From Lama glama (Eukaryota), in NCBI GenBank assembly GCA_028534125.1, contig CM052816.1:65598001-65662000 (forward strand): a stretch of 64,000 nucleotides of DNA, read 5' to 3'. The notes beneath the pieces were generated by a model. The model saw nothing but the letters and a program-made list of their open reading frames with translations. It had not been told where the DNA came from and searched no databases. Positions 51,811 through 63,497 of the stretch are shown here, one piece after another. The number at the start of each line of letters is the position of its first letter. The stretch's first letter is position 1. The position numbers and the translations under genes were made by a program.

Positions 51811-53150
51811 CAGCTCTCCCGGACTCTGCTCCTTACTGCTGTCGGTTGCCGTGAGTGTTGTAGCCCGTGTGTGTAACACCTTCCATTAGGCCAGCTATGT
51901 GGCATGTGCTCAGAAAAACTGCAGCTATTGCTTTGTTCCATACTTTGCTTCATTTGTTATCAACTCGGTGAATAACACATGCTCCATGAGGGTCTGTTGG
52001 AGCAAAGGTTTCATTATTTTAGAAGCTTTGTTTCCTCCAGGTTTCGCTTTGTAATGCTTGCCTTGCCTTTTATTTTTTTTCAAACAATCGTTACTACACT
52101 GGTTCCTGAAATATTAAGGAGAGTTTATTATGCTCTGTTAATCTTTCTCAGGGGGGGCATAAATATATTTTCAGTTTCTATTTGAAAACTCACACTAAGC
52201 ATCCATTTAAATTTTTTGTTCAACATGTTATATAATATGAAAAAAGTACATGTTCTTTCCAAAATTGGTCCTGAAGAACTCCCTAGATCCAGAGCCAGGC
52301 AGGCAGTTGGGGTGGAGGCAAACAGCTGAGGAGCGTTTCTGTTAGAAATCTTACTACTGATTTTGAATTTTGTGAAACACCTGTTAAATCACTTAGTGGC
52401 GAGATTTGGTGGTGGGGCAGGGGGTGGATCCCTGTTCACTGTTTTAAAGCTGGAAGTAGAAAATTACTCCCTGGTGATTAGGGAAAATAATCACAGAGGT
52501 GTATACTGTTGGCATGGAGGCCCATCTATGAGATGATGGTGTTTCTCCTGGGAGATGGTGAAAACTTGAGAGAGGATGCTTTATTTCTCACCTCCTAAAA
52601 TGTTTTTCCCAGTTTTCTGTGGCAAGAGAAAATGAGACACAGTTATACCTAACAGTTGGTAAAATAGTTACATATATATGTAACTCTTTTATATATAGAG
52701 AGAGATAGAGAAAGAATTGCATTAATTATATATAATAGAATAATATTTACAAAAAATCTTGATTAAATGATACCTTTCTATAAAAAATATATTTGTGTAT
52801 GTATACACAAATGTGTATATATATATATATATATGCACAGTTATTTCCAAAATTGACACAAATTTAAGTGTAACCTTGATAAAGCAATGTCTGTTGGGAA
52901 AAAAAAATTAGAAAATTTGCTTTTCCAAGAAACAGCTCTGCAGAAGACATCAGAGAATTTCTTTGAAAGTGTTTACAAACTTTGAAGAACAAAAAATTAG
53001 TCTGTTATTTAAATGTTTCTAAAGTTAGTGAAAAGAAAGTCGAGTTTACATTTATTGTTTGAACTAGACCTACCCGCAATAGGAAATCTCTAACCAATCT
53101 TAACATCAAATGAAGAGATAAAATCCCAAGTACGGTATTTAGGAAATTGA

Positions 53151-53305
53151 GCTGGGGCAGGAGAGGGGTGGGGAGTGGAGGGTATAGCTCAGTGGTATAG
53201 TGCATGCTTAGCTTGCATGAGGTACTGGGGGTTGAACCCAGGACCTCCATTAAAAATAAATAAATAAATAAACCTAATTACCCCCCACAAACAAACAAAC
53301 AAATA
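53151..53305 (+). mobile_element. Camelid tRNA-Ala-derived SINE with an internally inverted T-arm
   Basis: A-box tagctcagtgg and the 3' taaacctaattacccc tail are on +, but 53224-53242 reads as the reverse complement of the family T-arm. Near-TSD ttaggaaa(t/c)tga at 53139-53150 and 53306-53317. Confidence 0.9.
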
Positions 53306-54049
53306 TTAGGAAACTGAATCCTGCATTTTGTTAACAGGTTCACAGACATCTGAAACAGAGCTGATTGAATACATGAACGCATGGTTCTTTGTATGGGAGT
53401 CTGCTCACAGGCTCCATCGTATTAATAGGTTAAAAGAGAGAGAAGGGATTTGTAATGACAGATGTCAGAATTTGACTAGCATTGAATACCCATTCATTGT
53501 TTTAAAAAAGAAAACACACCAGTGAAATAGCAGCAGAATATAGTGTCTATCTCAACAGCCTAAAACATTTTTAGGTATGAGTCATTTCTGTTAAAATCAG
53601 TTTAATGATAAGTGCTGTCATGTAATATTAAAATATTTTTATGTTACATCATATGGAAGATTCTAGTTAGCACAGTTACTTGAAATGTAAAGTATAAATT
53701 GGAAAGTGTCTTTGCAACTGTTTGGGTATTTACATGGAAGAGCCAAAAAGTTAGTTGCAAGATTATTAGAAATAATGCAGAGATTCAGTAAGGTGGCCAA
53801 AGACAAAAATACATATAAGAAAATCATTTGCTTCTGTACAGAAAAGTATATCTGTTATAAATTATAATGGAAAACAATAAAATACCTCTTAACTAACAGA
53901 AGATTTCAGTCACAGAAATCTCCTATACCTCTAAATGAAAATAATAAGAAATCAGAATTTTTTTGTAAGGAAAACAATAAATTGTAGCTGAAAGAAAACT
54001 TAGAGACATCATAATAATATCACACATGAATTATACATTTAAGCAACTT

Positions 54050-54245
54050 ACAAATTGCATGTTAAATCATCTATTGATTTTATACAATCTTATGAAGTAG
54101 TTAGTGTTACTACCTTCATTTTACAAATTTTATAACTAAAATTCAGAGAAATTAAAGCCACCTGCTCAAGATCATAGAGGTGAAAAGAGCTGGTTAGTAT
54201 TTGAATGTATGCAGACCATTTCTGCTCTTCACTCTTCTTCACTGC
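54050..54245 (-). mobile_element. MIR inside the L1 remnant
   Basis: cattttacaaat..attcagagaaattaaagccacctgctcaagatcata..atttgaa. Confidence 0.65.
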
Positions 54246-54573
54246 ACATGGGAAGACCTATTTAAGACACTAAAACTGCCATTTCTGGCCAGTTAAATCT
54301 ACACAGTTTATTCAGTTATACAAAATACCACTGAGATATAATTTTTTATTTTGATGAAATGTTTCAAAAGTTCATCTAAAGGAATAAATATATGAGAAAG
54401 CCAAAAAAAAAATGAAATAAAAAACTTGAAGGACCATAGGTGAAGGGTAGAGAGATGGAGAATTCATCATTTCAGAAGTTAGAACATGTTATAAAAACTA
54501 GAAGAATCAGAACAGTGGTTTAAGTGAACAATTAGAGATCATTTGAAAAGACTTTACATTCCAAATAAAACTC

Positions 54574-54596
54574 GTGTGTGTGTGTGTGTGTGTGTG
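54574..54596. repeat. (GT)n microsatellite
   Basis: Direct reading. Confidence 0.95.
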
Positions 54597-55153
54597 AATA
54601 CCCATGCATATAAATATACATATGTGTGTAAAATTAGTATTTTATTCAATGAGAAAAGGAAAGAGATAGTCAATAAATAATGTAGAGGCAATAGGAAAAA
54701 TAGGGAAAATAATTGGGAAAATAATATAAACTAAGATTCCTTCATTATTCCTTATATAAAAATATGTATTAGGTAAGGTTTTAATGAAAATAAAATAATA
54801 CTATTTTATTAATGTATAATATATAATTTTATGAATGTAACAACTAAAAAAGTATAAAATTTGTATAAAAATATAGGTGAATACTTATTTCATTTCAAAG
54901 TGGGGAGGTATTTCTAGGCATATTACCAGAGCCAGAAAACAAGAAGAAAATGTCTGATAAATATGTGTACATTAGAAAAATCAAATATGTCTGCATAACA
55001 TAATACACCATAAATAATAGAAAGTCATGTGACAAACCAGGGAATCTATTTCTAACACTGCTAAAGGGCAATAACTTTAATGTATTAAAAAATCCTTGGA
55101 AATCAATGATAAAAAAGATGACTTACAGAAAAATCAACATACAATTCATAAAA

Positions 55154-55174
55154 ACACACACACACACACACACA
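55154..55174. repeat. (AC)n microsatellite
   Basis: Direct reading. Confidence 0.95.
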
Positions 55175-57039
55175 ATTTGCCAGTAACATGAATAGAAGCC
55201 CAAATGTAAAGAAATGCAAATTAAACAACAGTGGGGAAATATTTTCTCTAGTCAAAGTATTAAACATTAAAAAACAAAGTCAGATAATACCAAATATTGA
55301 TTCAAGTTGGGACATTTTTATTCACTAGCCGTAGAAGTGAAAATTGGAACAGCCTTTCTGGAAGGCCATTCAATAATAATTACCAAACACCTAAAAAAAA
55401 AAAAAAAGAGCTCTGTGAACCAGCAATTTCTCATCTAAGAACTTACCTAAAAATAATTAAGCATATATGAAAAGATTTACCTACACCATTGTTATTATAG
55501 TTGAAAATTGAAAATGAGCCAAATATCCAGCAATAAGAATTAGTTTACTATATCAAGATATGTGCATGTGATGGAATACTGATGTACAAGGATAATATCC
55601 AACATGATAGGTGTTCATGGTATATTGAATTGAAAAGTATGTAAACAATATATAAAGTGAGAGATTGCTTTTAAATACAAGACTTTTACATATATAGTTA
55701 AAATGTATATTGTAATTCATAGAGAAGCATCTGAAAGGATATCCCCGAATACCAACAATAGCTATGGCTCAGTTGGTTTTTTATATTTCTAGTGAGGTGA
55801 CCTCTCTGACACTTAGTTTCTTCATCTGTGGAATAAAGAAATCATACTAGATTCATCCTAAAGTCTTTCAGCAGAAGTGTCTCATAATTCTAAGAACCAA
55901 TGATAGTTAATAATCTTCAGAAAATAGGTTTTTTTTCCCCCATTGAACTTTGGAGTTAATAGAGTAAAACCAGGTTTATCTTGAGGTATCTCTTGCTTTA
56001 GTTAAAATTCAGATCCAGATGCTTGGTTATAAATTGTGTCCATATATACTGTGCTTTCTCTGATGACTGCCTTTGTGGCGTAATATAGAGTGGAGTAGGT
56101 AGAGAGTTGCATTGAACTTTTATATTTCCCTACAGAATTCTTAGAAACACAAAGAAATCCTGTTAATATTGTAATATCCATTTTAGTATTTCATCTACCA
56201 TTTGGAAACTTACCAACCATTCTTGTTTTGGGACAATTTATTTAATCAAAATTCACATTGAGAAACTATGAGAGAGTCAGTTCTTTAAAAAACAAAATTT
56301 CTTTTGCTAAATAGAGATTTGTGTGTGCTCTAAAAATTGGTGGAAAATGATTCTTCTTTTTTAATCTAATGACTAGTGCTCTACTCTTATTTCTGACTAA
56401 TAGTGAAATTGCCTGGAAAATGATAAGGACTAATATTTCAAGTGGTTATTCAGAACCTTATTGTGCTAGTGAAATCAAAAACATGCTCAGTTTTAATTTG
56501 CCGTTAAACACTCAACATTTCACAGGGGTTGTTTGGCGGCCGTATACAATAGTAGCAGAGGTGGCTTGCTAAAAATGCTTCGCCTCATTCTTGCTTAATC
56601 CAGGTTGCCAAGTGGTAAACCTAGCAGACGTCATGAACGTCCAAGAGGGAACATATTTTATTTGACTTGCACCCCCAGAGGATTTGGCCAATTATTGCTA
56701 TTTGTTTAATGTTGGTGTTGACATAGTGCCTTTGCCCTGAGGAGCCCCAGGTGCTTTATAAAATTAGTCAGCAATTCACATCACAGCCTTTACGCCCGAG
56801 AGTGCACACTGAAAATAATAATGATTCATGGAACCTACAGCCATCCCTAACTCATACATCTGTTTGCTCAGTGAAACAAAACAAATATGCCAGTTCCCTT
56901 GGAGAGCTAGCAACAAAAGGTTCCAGTGGGGCATCAATGGGAGTTTCTCCCCTGTGTAAATAGGTAGACTCCTAGAAGGAGAATTTGCCATACACCCTAC
57001 CAGTGAGCCTGACTGTACCCTGATCCAGGATCCATACCT

Positions 57040-57405
57040 TCCTCGGTAAGAAACTAAGCGTCTTTGGTCTTTGCTCAAATATTACCTTCGTAATAATACT
57101 TCCCCTGACCATCAATTTTAAAAACAACAAAACATAGCCGAACAAAACCCAGTGTCAACCTAGAAGTTCTGTATTCTCTTTCCTGCATTAATTTTCTCTA
57201 TCGCACATGTAGCTATCCAACATATTTACATGGTTTATCTCTTTATTTATTAATTGTTGACTCCTTCCCACAGATGATCAATATTATGAAAGTGGACCAG
57301 TTGTCTGTTTTGTTCAGTTATGAATCTTCAGTGGCTGCCTGGCACAGAATAGGTGTGTGGGAAGCATTTGTTGAATGAATGAACGAATGAATGAAGAATA
57401 AATGA
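57040..57405 (+). mobile_element. L2 3' end
   Basis: tctttgctcaaatattacctt..tcccctgacca..gcctggcacagaataggtg..atttgttgaatgaatgaacgaatgaatgaa. Confidence 0.8.
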
Positions 57406-57554
57406 ATTTGCTCCAATGGTGCAACAAGAAACAATTGGACTCTCTTAGTGTCAATGTTACAAAGGCAGTGAAGAGAGGCATAAGGAAGCAGGAAAGCACC
57501 AGCATCATGTCAGTAGAACATTCCTTAATGTTGAAGAGATCCAGGTGGTGAACC

Positions 57555-58335
57555 GGTATAGCAGTCAGAGTATTCTCCCTCATTCGTTGCAGTAATAGAA
57601 ACTAAATTTATTTATTTATTTTAAAAAATGATTTTTCTTTTTTCTGACTAATAGTGAAATTGCCTGGGGAAAAAAAGTGTACTTTTTAAATTCTGTGGTG
57701 CTTTACAATTTTCAAGTTTCACACACAATTTCATACAGTCCCCATAATACCCTTTATTTCCTCCTACCCCTCTGTTGCCCCTCCCCCTTCCCTCTTGCCA
57801 CTGGTAACCACTAGTTCTCTGTATCTGTGAGTCTGCTAATAGAAACTACATTTAAATATTTAAACAAACAGAAAGGTAGCTTATGGGATCCTGAATCTGG
57901 GAGATCCAAGGAGTGCAGCTGGTTTTCATCAATTCAAGGCTTGTTCCCTGTGCTCTTACAATGTGATGAGGACATTAGCCTCTGTCTTCCCCAGTCTCTC
58001 TCTCCCTGTTCATTGCTGGCTTTCCCAGGCTTTCCTGTTGTGGTGGCAAAGAAAGCTAAGGCAGCACCAGGCACGGCTCTGCCTATAGTAATTCCAGTGG
58101 CATGTGAGCATGTATTTCCCTATGGTTCCAGTGGAGACTCAGTGCTGACTTTAAATGGGGAAATTTGGGTTAAGGGCTAGCCTTGCATCAGTTATGTAAC
58201 TGACCAGCCTCTGTGCCTCCAGTCATGGATGTCAGTTCCATTCTCTGGAGGTGGTTCTCCAACAGGAAATTTGGTTTCTTTTATCAAAATGAGAAAGGAA
58301 AGATGTGTGACAAGTATGCAGAGATGCACTATAAC
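57555..58335. mobile_element. MaLR LTR (MLT1-type) split by the L1 insertion at 57611-57836
   Basis: gttgcagtaatagaaact | aaacaaacagaaagg..gagatccaagga..ttcaaggc..ggaggtggttctccaacaggaaattt. Confidence 0.55.
57611..57836 (-). mobile_element. Composite antisense L1 3' fragment inserted into an MLT1 LTR
   Basis: 57745-57836 is the reverse complement of an L1 3' UTR (ccactggtaaccactagttctctgtatctgtgagtctgct), with a (TTTA)n tail at the left end. TSD taatagaaacta(a/c)attta at 57593-57610 and 57837-57854. Confidence 0.8.
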
Positions 58336-58769
58336 CAGAAAAGTAAGTCATATTTAGAGAATTTCTGATTACAGTGAGGCAGAATACAATTCTAAATCTT
58401 TCAGTGTTCTAATTTGATAATATCCAATGACCATATTTTTAACAGCCTGATTATGTAAATTATATTTTGAAAGGGAAAAAAATAAACTTTTGCTTTACTT
58501 TCAGTGGGAGATCCTCTCTACTGGTCTACCTGCATGATAGTGAGATATCATTCCTACCTTAATGAGAAGGAGGTAAAAATGTGAAGAAAAAAGTTAAATT
58601 TTGGCTGTGCAATAAGCAAATGTTTATTTAAGGTTGTTATTACTTATTTTCTTCTTTAATAATTCTTATCTTATTTTGCCTTGTTAATTATATTTTATGT
58701 AGGAAACATGTTACATTCTAATTCTTTTCTGTGTTTGTTTTTAAAAGAGACTACTTAGAATATACTAGA

Positions 58770-59133
58770 TCAGACAAAGACAAATACTGTATGATAAGTG
58801 GAATCTAAGAAATACAACAAACCTAGTGGCTATAACAACAAAAAAGCAGACTTACAGATATTGAGAACAAACTAGTGATTGCCAGTGGGGAGAGGGAGGA
58901 GGGGAGGGATATAATATGGGGGTAGGGGATTAAGAGGTATAAACTATCAGGTATAAAATAAGCTACAAGGATATATTGTACAATATGGAGATTATAGCCA
59001 ATATCCTATAATAACCATAAATGGAGTATAATCTTTAGAATTTCTGAATCACTATATTGTACACCTGTAACTCATATAATATTGTACATCAACTATACTT
59101 CAATAAAAATAAAGAAAAAAAAAGAAAAAAGAA
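58770..59133 (+). mobile_element. 5'-truncated L1 (3' UTR + polyA), sense orientation
   Basis: Typical L1 3' end (gacaaatactgtatgat..gagaacaaactagtg..ttgtacatcaactatacttcaataaa + A tail). Perfect 13-bp TSD agaatatactaga at 58757-58769 and 59134-59146. Confidence 0.92.
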
Positions 59134-59497
59134 AGAATATACTAGAAACCCTAAATTTTTTTGTTCCAAATACTGGAATTTCGATTGTTGATATACTAGT
59201 CCTTCACTTTCCTATAAAAAAATTTATAGAGGGTCATGGATAAATGCAATTCACAGATAATGCTAAAACTTCATCTCAACCATTACTTCTTGCTTCTTTC
59301 CATGCCAAGAAATATTTAACCAAGACTCAAAAGGTGAAGGTATTTAACTTCCTGTCCTCATCACTGCACCCATAGTTTGTTCTGCAGACTAGTTAGAGCT
59401 AGAGGAGTAATGAGACAATATATATAAATCAACATCCCATTAATGGATGAGTAGCTCACAGGCAGAGTGGCTGGGGAATCAAGACATGACCTGGTTG

Positions 59498-59593
59498 GAG
59501 GAGGGTATAGCACAGTGGTAGAGCGCATGTTTAGCATGCACAAGGTCCTAGGTTCAGTCCCCAGTACCTCCATTAAAAAAAAAAAATTCAAAA
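59498..59593 (+). mobile_element. Short tRNA-Ala SINE copy (tRNA head + A tail only)
   Basis: The tRNA-Ala(AGC)-like head ends acctcca and runs directly into an A tail. Perfect 17-bp TSD aagacatgacctggttg at 59481-59497 and 59594-59610. Confidence 0.92.
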
Positions 59594-60170
59594 AAGACAT
59601 GACCTGGTTGCTGTAAAAACACAATGGCAGTGTGAACTAATGTTGTTAGTAATGCCATAGCATGTGAGAAAGACATTTCTGTTATTAGCTTTGACATCAG
59701 TACTAACTCAGTAATTTAATATGACTATATACCAAAGTATAGTATCCCCCTCAATTCAGGAAATTACTCGGTTGGATCAGCTAATTCAGTGTTAATTGTG
59801 GGTAAGCATTTCTAAATTCATGTTTTTCTTAAGGCACAATGTTCTAGGAGGTCACCTTTGTTCGTTCCTCTGAATCTTTGATGATTTCAAAGTTGTTGCT
59901 TTCCAGGGAAAAGAGGTGAGATGGGAGAAGGAAGGCTTTCTTCAGAAATCCTTTTCTTTCACTGCCCTTTTGAATGGGATTTGCGATTGAAGCCCACTGA
60001 TGTCCTGTCCATAGTGAATCTAACTGATAAGAATTTTCAATGGTTTTTGAGGGATTGGTTTTTGTGGTGGGAGGAAAGAAATAAAAGGCATACAACATTC
60101 ATGTGTCCCTAACATCCCAACAGGTAATAATGCTGTAGCAAATTTATAAAAATTAAAAATAGCCTAGCTC

Positions 60171-60410
60171 GGGACTGTACCATGACTTTTGTGGACCCTA
60201 TGCCCTTTGGGCTTTGTGGACCTCTTTTTCCATTAAAAAAAATACTAAAAATTAGACTTTACAAACTGCCTTGATATAAAGAGAAATAATCTAAGCTGGA
60301 TTATATTCATTTTGTTTCTGATTTTAAAAGAAATTAAAACATTTTCATGGGCTCCTTAAAGTATTCTGGGCCCTGGGCAGGGTACCTACTGTGCCTCATG
60401 TGAGAAGCTA
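60171..60410 (-). mobile_element. Non-autonomous hAT-Tip100-type DNA transposon (ORSL-like)
   Basis: catgacttttgtggacccta..gctggattatattcattt..tctgattttaaaagaaattaaaacattttcatgggc..ctactgtgcct matches the recalled consensus in reverse. Confidence 0.7.
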
Positions 60411-61370
60411 AGGTGATTCTGTCGTAGCTAAATTTGATTACATTGTAAGCCAAACAACTGTTTTCTGCCTATTGTTCATCTTTTTAACTTAAATGTGTTT
60501 TTATTATTAACATTAGTTGCTGCAAGTGAGGTGGGAGCTGGGGGAGTGAGGGTTTGGAATAAGCTGATACTAGACTCCATCATCATAGCTACTCCTAAAA
60601 TTCAGTCTCGGGTGTGGGGCCTGCAGTCTCTTTTCACAGGATTTAAAGCTATTTTACTTAGTTGGTCAAAATCCTTGTTCTTCAAAGGTCTGCATTTTAA
60701 AATGACTGATGCTGTGAAAGGAAATGCCATCATGATTCTATTTACGTTATGAATTTGTACAGGAAGGGAAAACTAGAATTTTTCATGCAGAGAGCACTTA
60801 GGGTTTTACTCAGTATAGATTTTCAATGCAAAATTGATGCTGGAATATTTTTCTTGTGATCCATGTGAAAAGGCAACCTATGGTTGAACAAAGTAAATGC
60901 TCATTCCTGTGCTTAATAAAAACTGTTTCTTCCATTGAAGCTGACTTTTATGTGAATCTTTAGTTTGCATTTATCTATGGTTTGGGGAAAACAGCTAACA
61001 TGGATACTTGAATCTGTGAAAAAGACTTTCTTGAGAACTTCTTGGTCGTTAGCTGTCTAGAATGAAACTGGGTAAACTAATCTCAACACCCATTCTGCTG
61101 CCAAACATTGAATAAACGTCAACATTTTTTGCTTGGTAGATGTTGAAATTAGGCATTTCTGCTTTGAAACCCAGTGTTGTTGCTACTGGCTGCCTGGCTA
61201 ACGTTTACTCCTGACATTTCTGAATGTTCACCAGGTGCCAGGCACGATTCAAGGCATTGAGGGTGAAAAGGTGTATAAGATGCAGTGCCCACCTCTAAGA
61301 AAATCACAGTTTAAAAGGAACACAGACAGGTGAAAAGTTTCTGAAAAGAATGATGAGAAATGCAGGGATA

Positions 61371-61493
61371 GGGGAGGGTAGAGCTCAGTGGTAGAGCACA
61401 TGCTTAGCATGCAGGAGGTCCTGGGTTCAGTCCCCAGTACATCCACTGAAAAAATAAATAAACAAACCTAGTTACCCACTCCCACCAAAAAAA
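61371..61493 (+). mobile_element. Camelid tRNA-Ala-derived SINE (vic-1 type)
   Basis: ggggagggtagagctcagtggtagagcacatgcttagcatgcaggaggtcctgggttcagtccccagtac, then aaacctagttaccc and an A tail. Degenerate TSD. Confidence 0.92.
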
Positions 61494-63497
61494 TACAGCG
61501 GTAAAATGAAGATATATGAGCATCTCTTAAGATAGGTTATTCCATCAAGTAAACCTTCTTGGAAGACGTGATGTTTTGGTGCATCTCTTTTCCACTGAGC
61601 TTCTTTTGCTGTACATGTAATTGGACAGTAAGCTGTTCAGTTTAAAGATGAAAGTGTATAAAAGTTATGTAGCATCAGGTCTGGGACATGCTTTTTACAT
61701 TATAGTTTGCAATTCTATCATTACTTCTTTTCTCACAAAGAGTATGTCAAAAGGAAAACCTGAAAGAAATGACAAATCACCATTAGATAATTGATCCCTA
61801 AGTGAAAGAGGTAAGTCTATAGAGTTCATATTATATGAACTATGTATATTCATGTTTCAATAACAGAATCTGTTAATACATCCAGAAGTATAGTTTATTC
61901 CAGGTATAGAAATATAGGCTCTGTTTCAAAACAGTGATGACAGAAACAAAACAAAGCTTTTAAACATTAACGATCAAAATGTTCTGTTTCCATTCATGTA
62001 TTTGGCTGTGATACAGAGAAGGCTAGAAAATGAAGTGCTTCATGTGAGAAGGGGCAGTTTGTTGAAAAAAATAAACTAATACTTGGGAGACGCTGTCATG
62101 CAGCACTTGTCCCTAGAAATAGTGCCTCTGTTCTGTCTGTAGATGTCTGACTTGAAAGGGAGTTATACTAAGGATGTCCAGTGACACTACTGATTACATT
62201 TGAAAAAGCACATGTTAATCCAGCTTCCTAACAGATCACCTCCCCAAGCATTCACTGTGGGGATAGCGTTCAGTTCACAGCTTGGGATCTCCCAGGCTAA
62301 CCAATCACTGCCATTACAGGGTGCCATGTGATGGTAGGAATCTCTGCTCCAAATATAACAGTGATGGGTTTCTTGGTTTGCCCTTTCCTTCTGTGTGGCC
62401 AGCAGCAGACTGTTTCTCATCAGTCTCATGTGGCCAAATTAGGTTTCTCTCCCATGCTGATGGATTTAAAGAGTCAAATCCTAGGATCATTGTCCCCAGT
62501 GTCCTTTTCTACAATCCAAGTCAGAGTAGGGGCGCTCATGACCGGGGATGGTGACGATCCCCTTCTCCAGCCCTTGTGCATGGAAGCCTCCTCTCTGTCC
62601 ACACTAGAGGCCAGAAAGTCCTGCCTCCACCCGGAGCAGCCGTGGCCTTTGGCAGTCTTGTAGCTTTTGCCCTCTGGCACGGGGAGGACGAGCGTCACCT
62701 GGGTAATTCCACCCTTGTCATCCTTCTTCTGTGAATGAGAGAATCTGAGAACCAGTTGCCAATGGCCTCTTCCTCGTGCCCAGTTTCCTCTGATGTGATG
62801 CGAGGCGCTGATGGTGACCATCCGTTTCCACCCCACCCCTCCTGCCCTGACAGGATTTATGGTCTGCATGCCCCAGTTGTGAAGCTGGCCTGTGGTATTT
62901 GCTGCCGCAAGCTTGTGAATGTTTAGAGTTGTGTGTTTATATTTCCAGGGCTACAGTTTGGAAGTCCAGGGAGCAAACAGATAGCAGAGAACTTACGGGT
63001 CAAGCTGCTGCTCCTTTCTCTTTGGAAGGCTTGCTCCCTGTCTGTGTAGTCCATACCTAGATTCCCACGGAGCCTCCATTTTTCTGACTCATTTCTTTGG
63101 TTTGATACTTTCAAGTGGGTTTTTTTGTAAGAAATCCCTGTAGGAGAGGTGTTTACATGATATGATGGGGAAGTGAGGTCTGCCTGACACATAGAACCTC
63201 GGAAACTTTCTCTTAATGAAAAGGTCTGGCTTGTGGGTGGGCGCCCTTCCATCCAGACAGACGGGAATGTGGCTGGGCAGCCAGGAGACACATGGACTTG
63301 TGACCACCGGGGCAGGCACCTCTCTAGAAAAATCCTAGCAGCTGGACCTATTCGTCTCTTCCAAAAGTACTTGCAGGCGTTTGACCTCTTTAAATCTATC
63401 AGGATTCTTTTTATGTCATTACAGTCATTATTTTCCCCCTCAAGAATTCCCTTTATGTAGATGCCCTTAATAAAACCCTTTCAGCCTGCTCCCCCCC

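Larger units (their letters stand above)
53740..55790 (+). mobile_element. Highly decayed L1ME-type ORF2/3' remnant, sense orientation, interrupted by a MIR and microsatellites
   Basis: A-rich. gagattcagtaaggtggccaaagacaaaa..aaagaaatgcaaattaaac..gtgaaaattggaacagcctttctggaagg..ccagcaatttctcatctaagaa. Confidence 0.75.

Noticed and set aside
52791..52839. Short palindromes around a (TA)n tract
   Set aside because: A by-product of low-complexity TA/TG sequence.
60153..60164. Perfect MEF2 site TTAAAAATAG
   Set aside because: A single AT-rich motif beside a transposon; expected by chance in 64 kb.
53005..61446. Similar short ORFs beginning M(E/D)VLG..(T/S).ELYPP on the - strand
   Set aside because: These are antisense translations of SINE copies, not a protein family.
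38227..61493. Six tRNA-Ala(AGC)-like sequences as functional tRNA genes
   Set aside because: They have A-rich tails, TSDs, CpG decay and stem mismatches, so they are SINE retrocopies.
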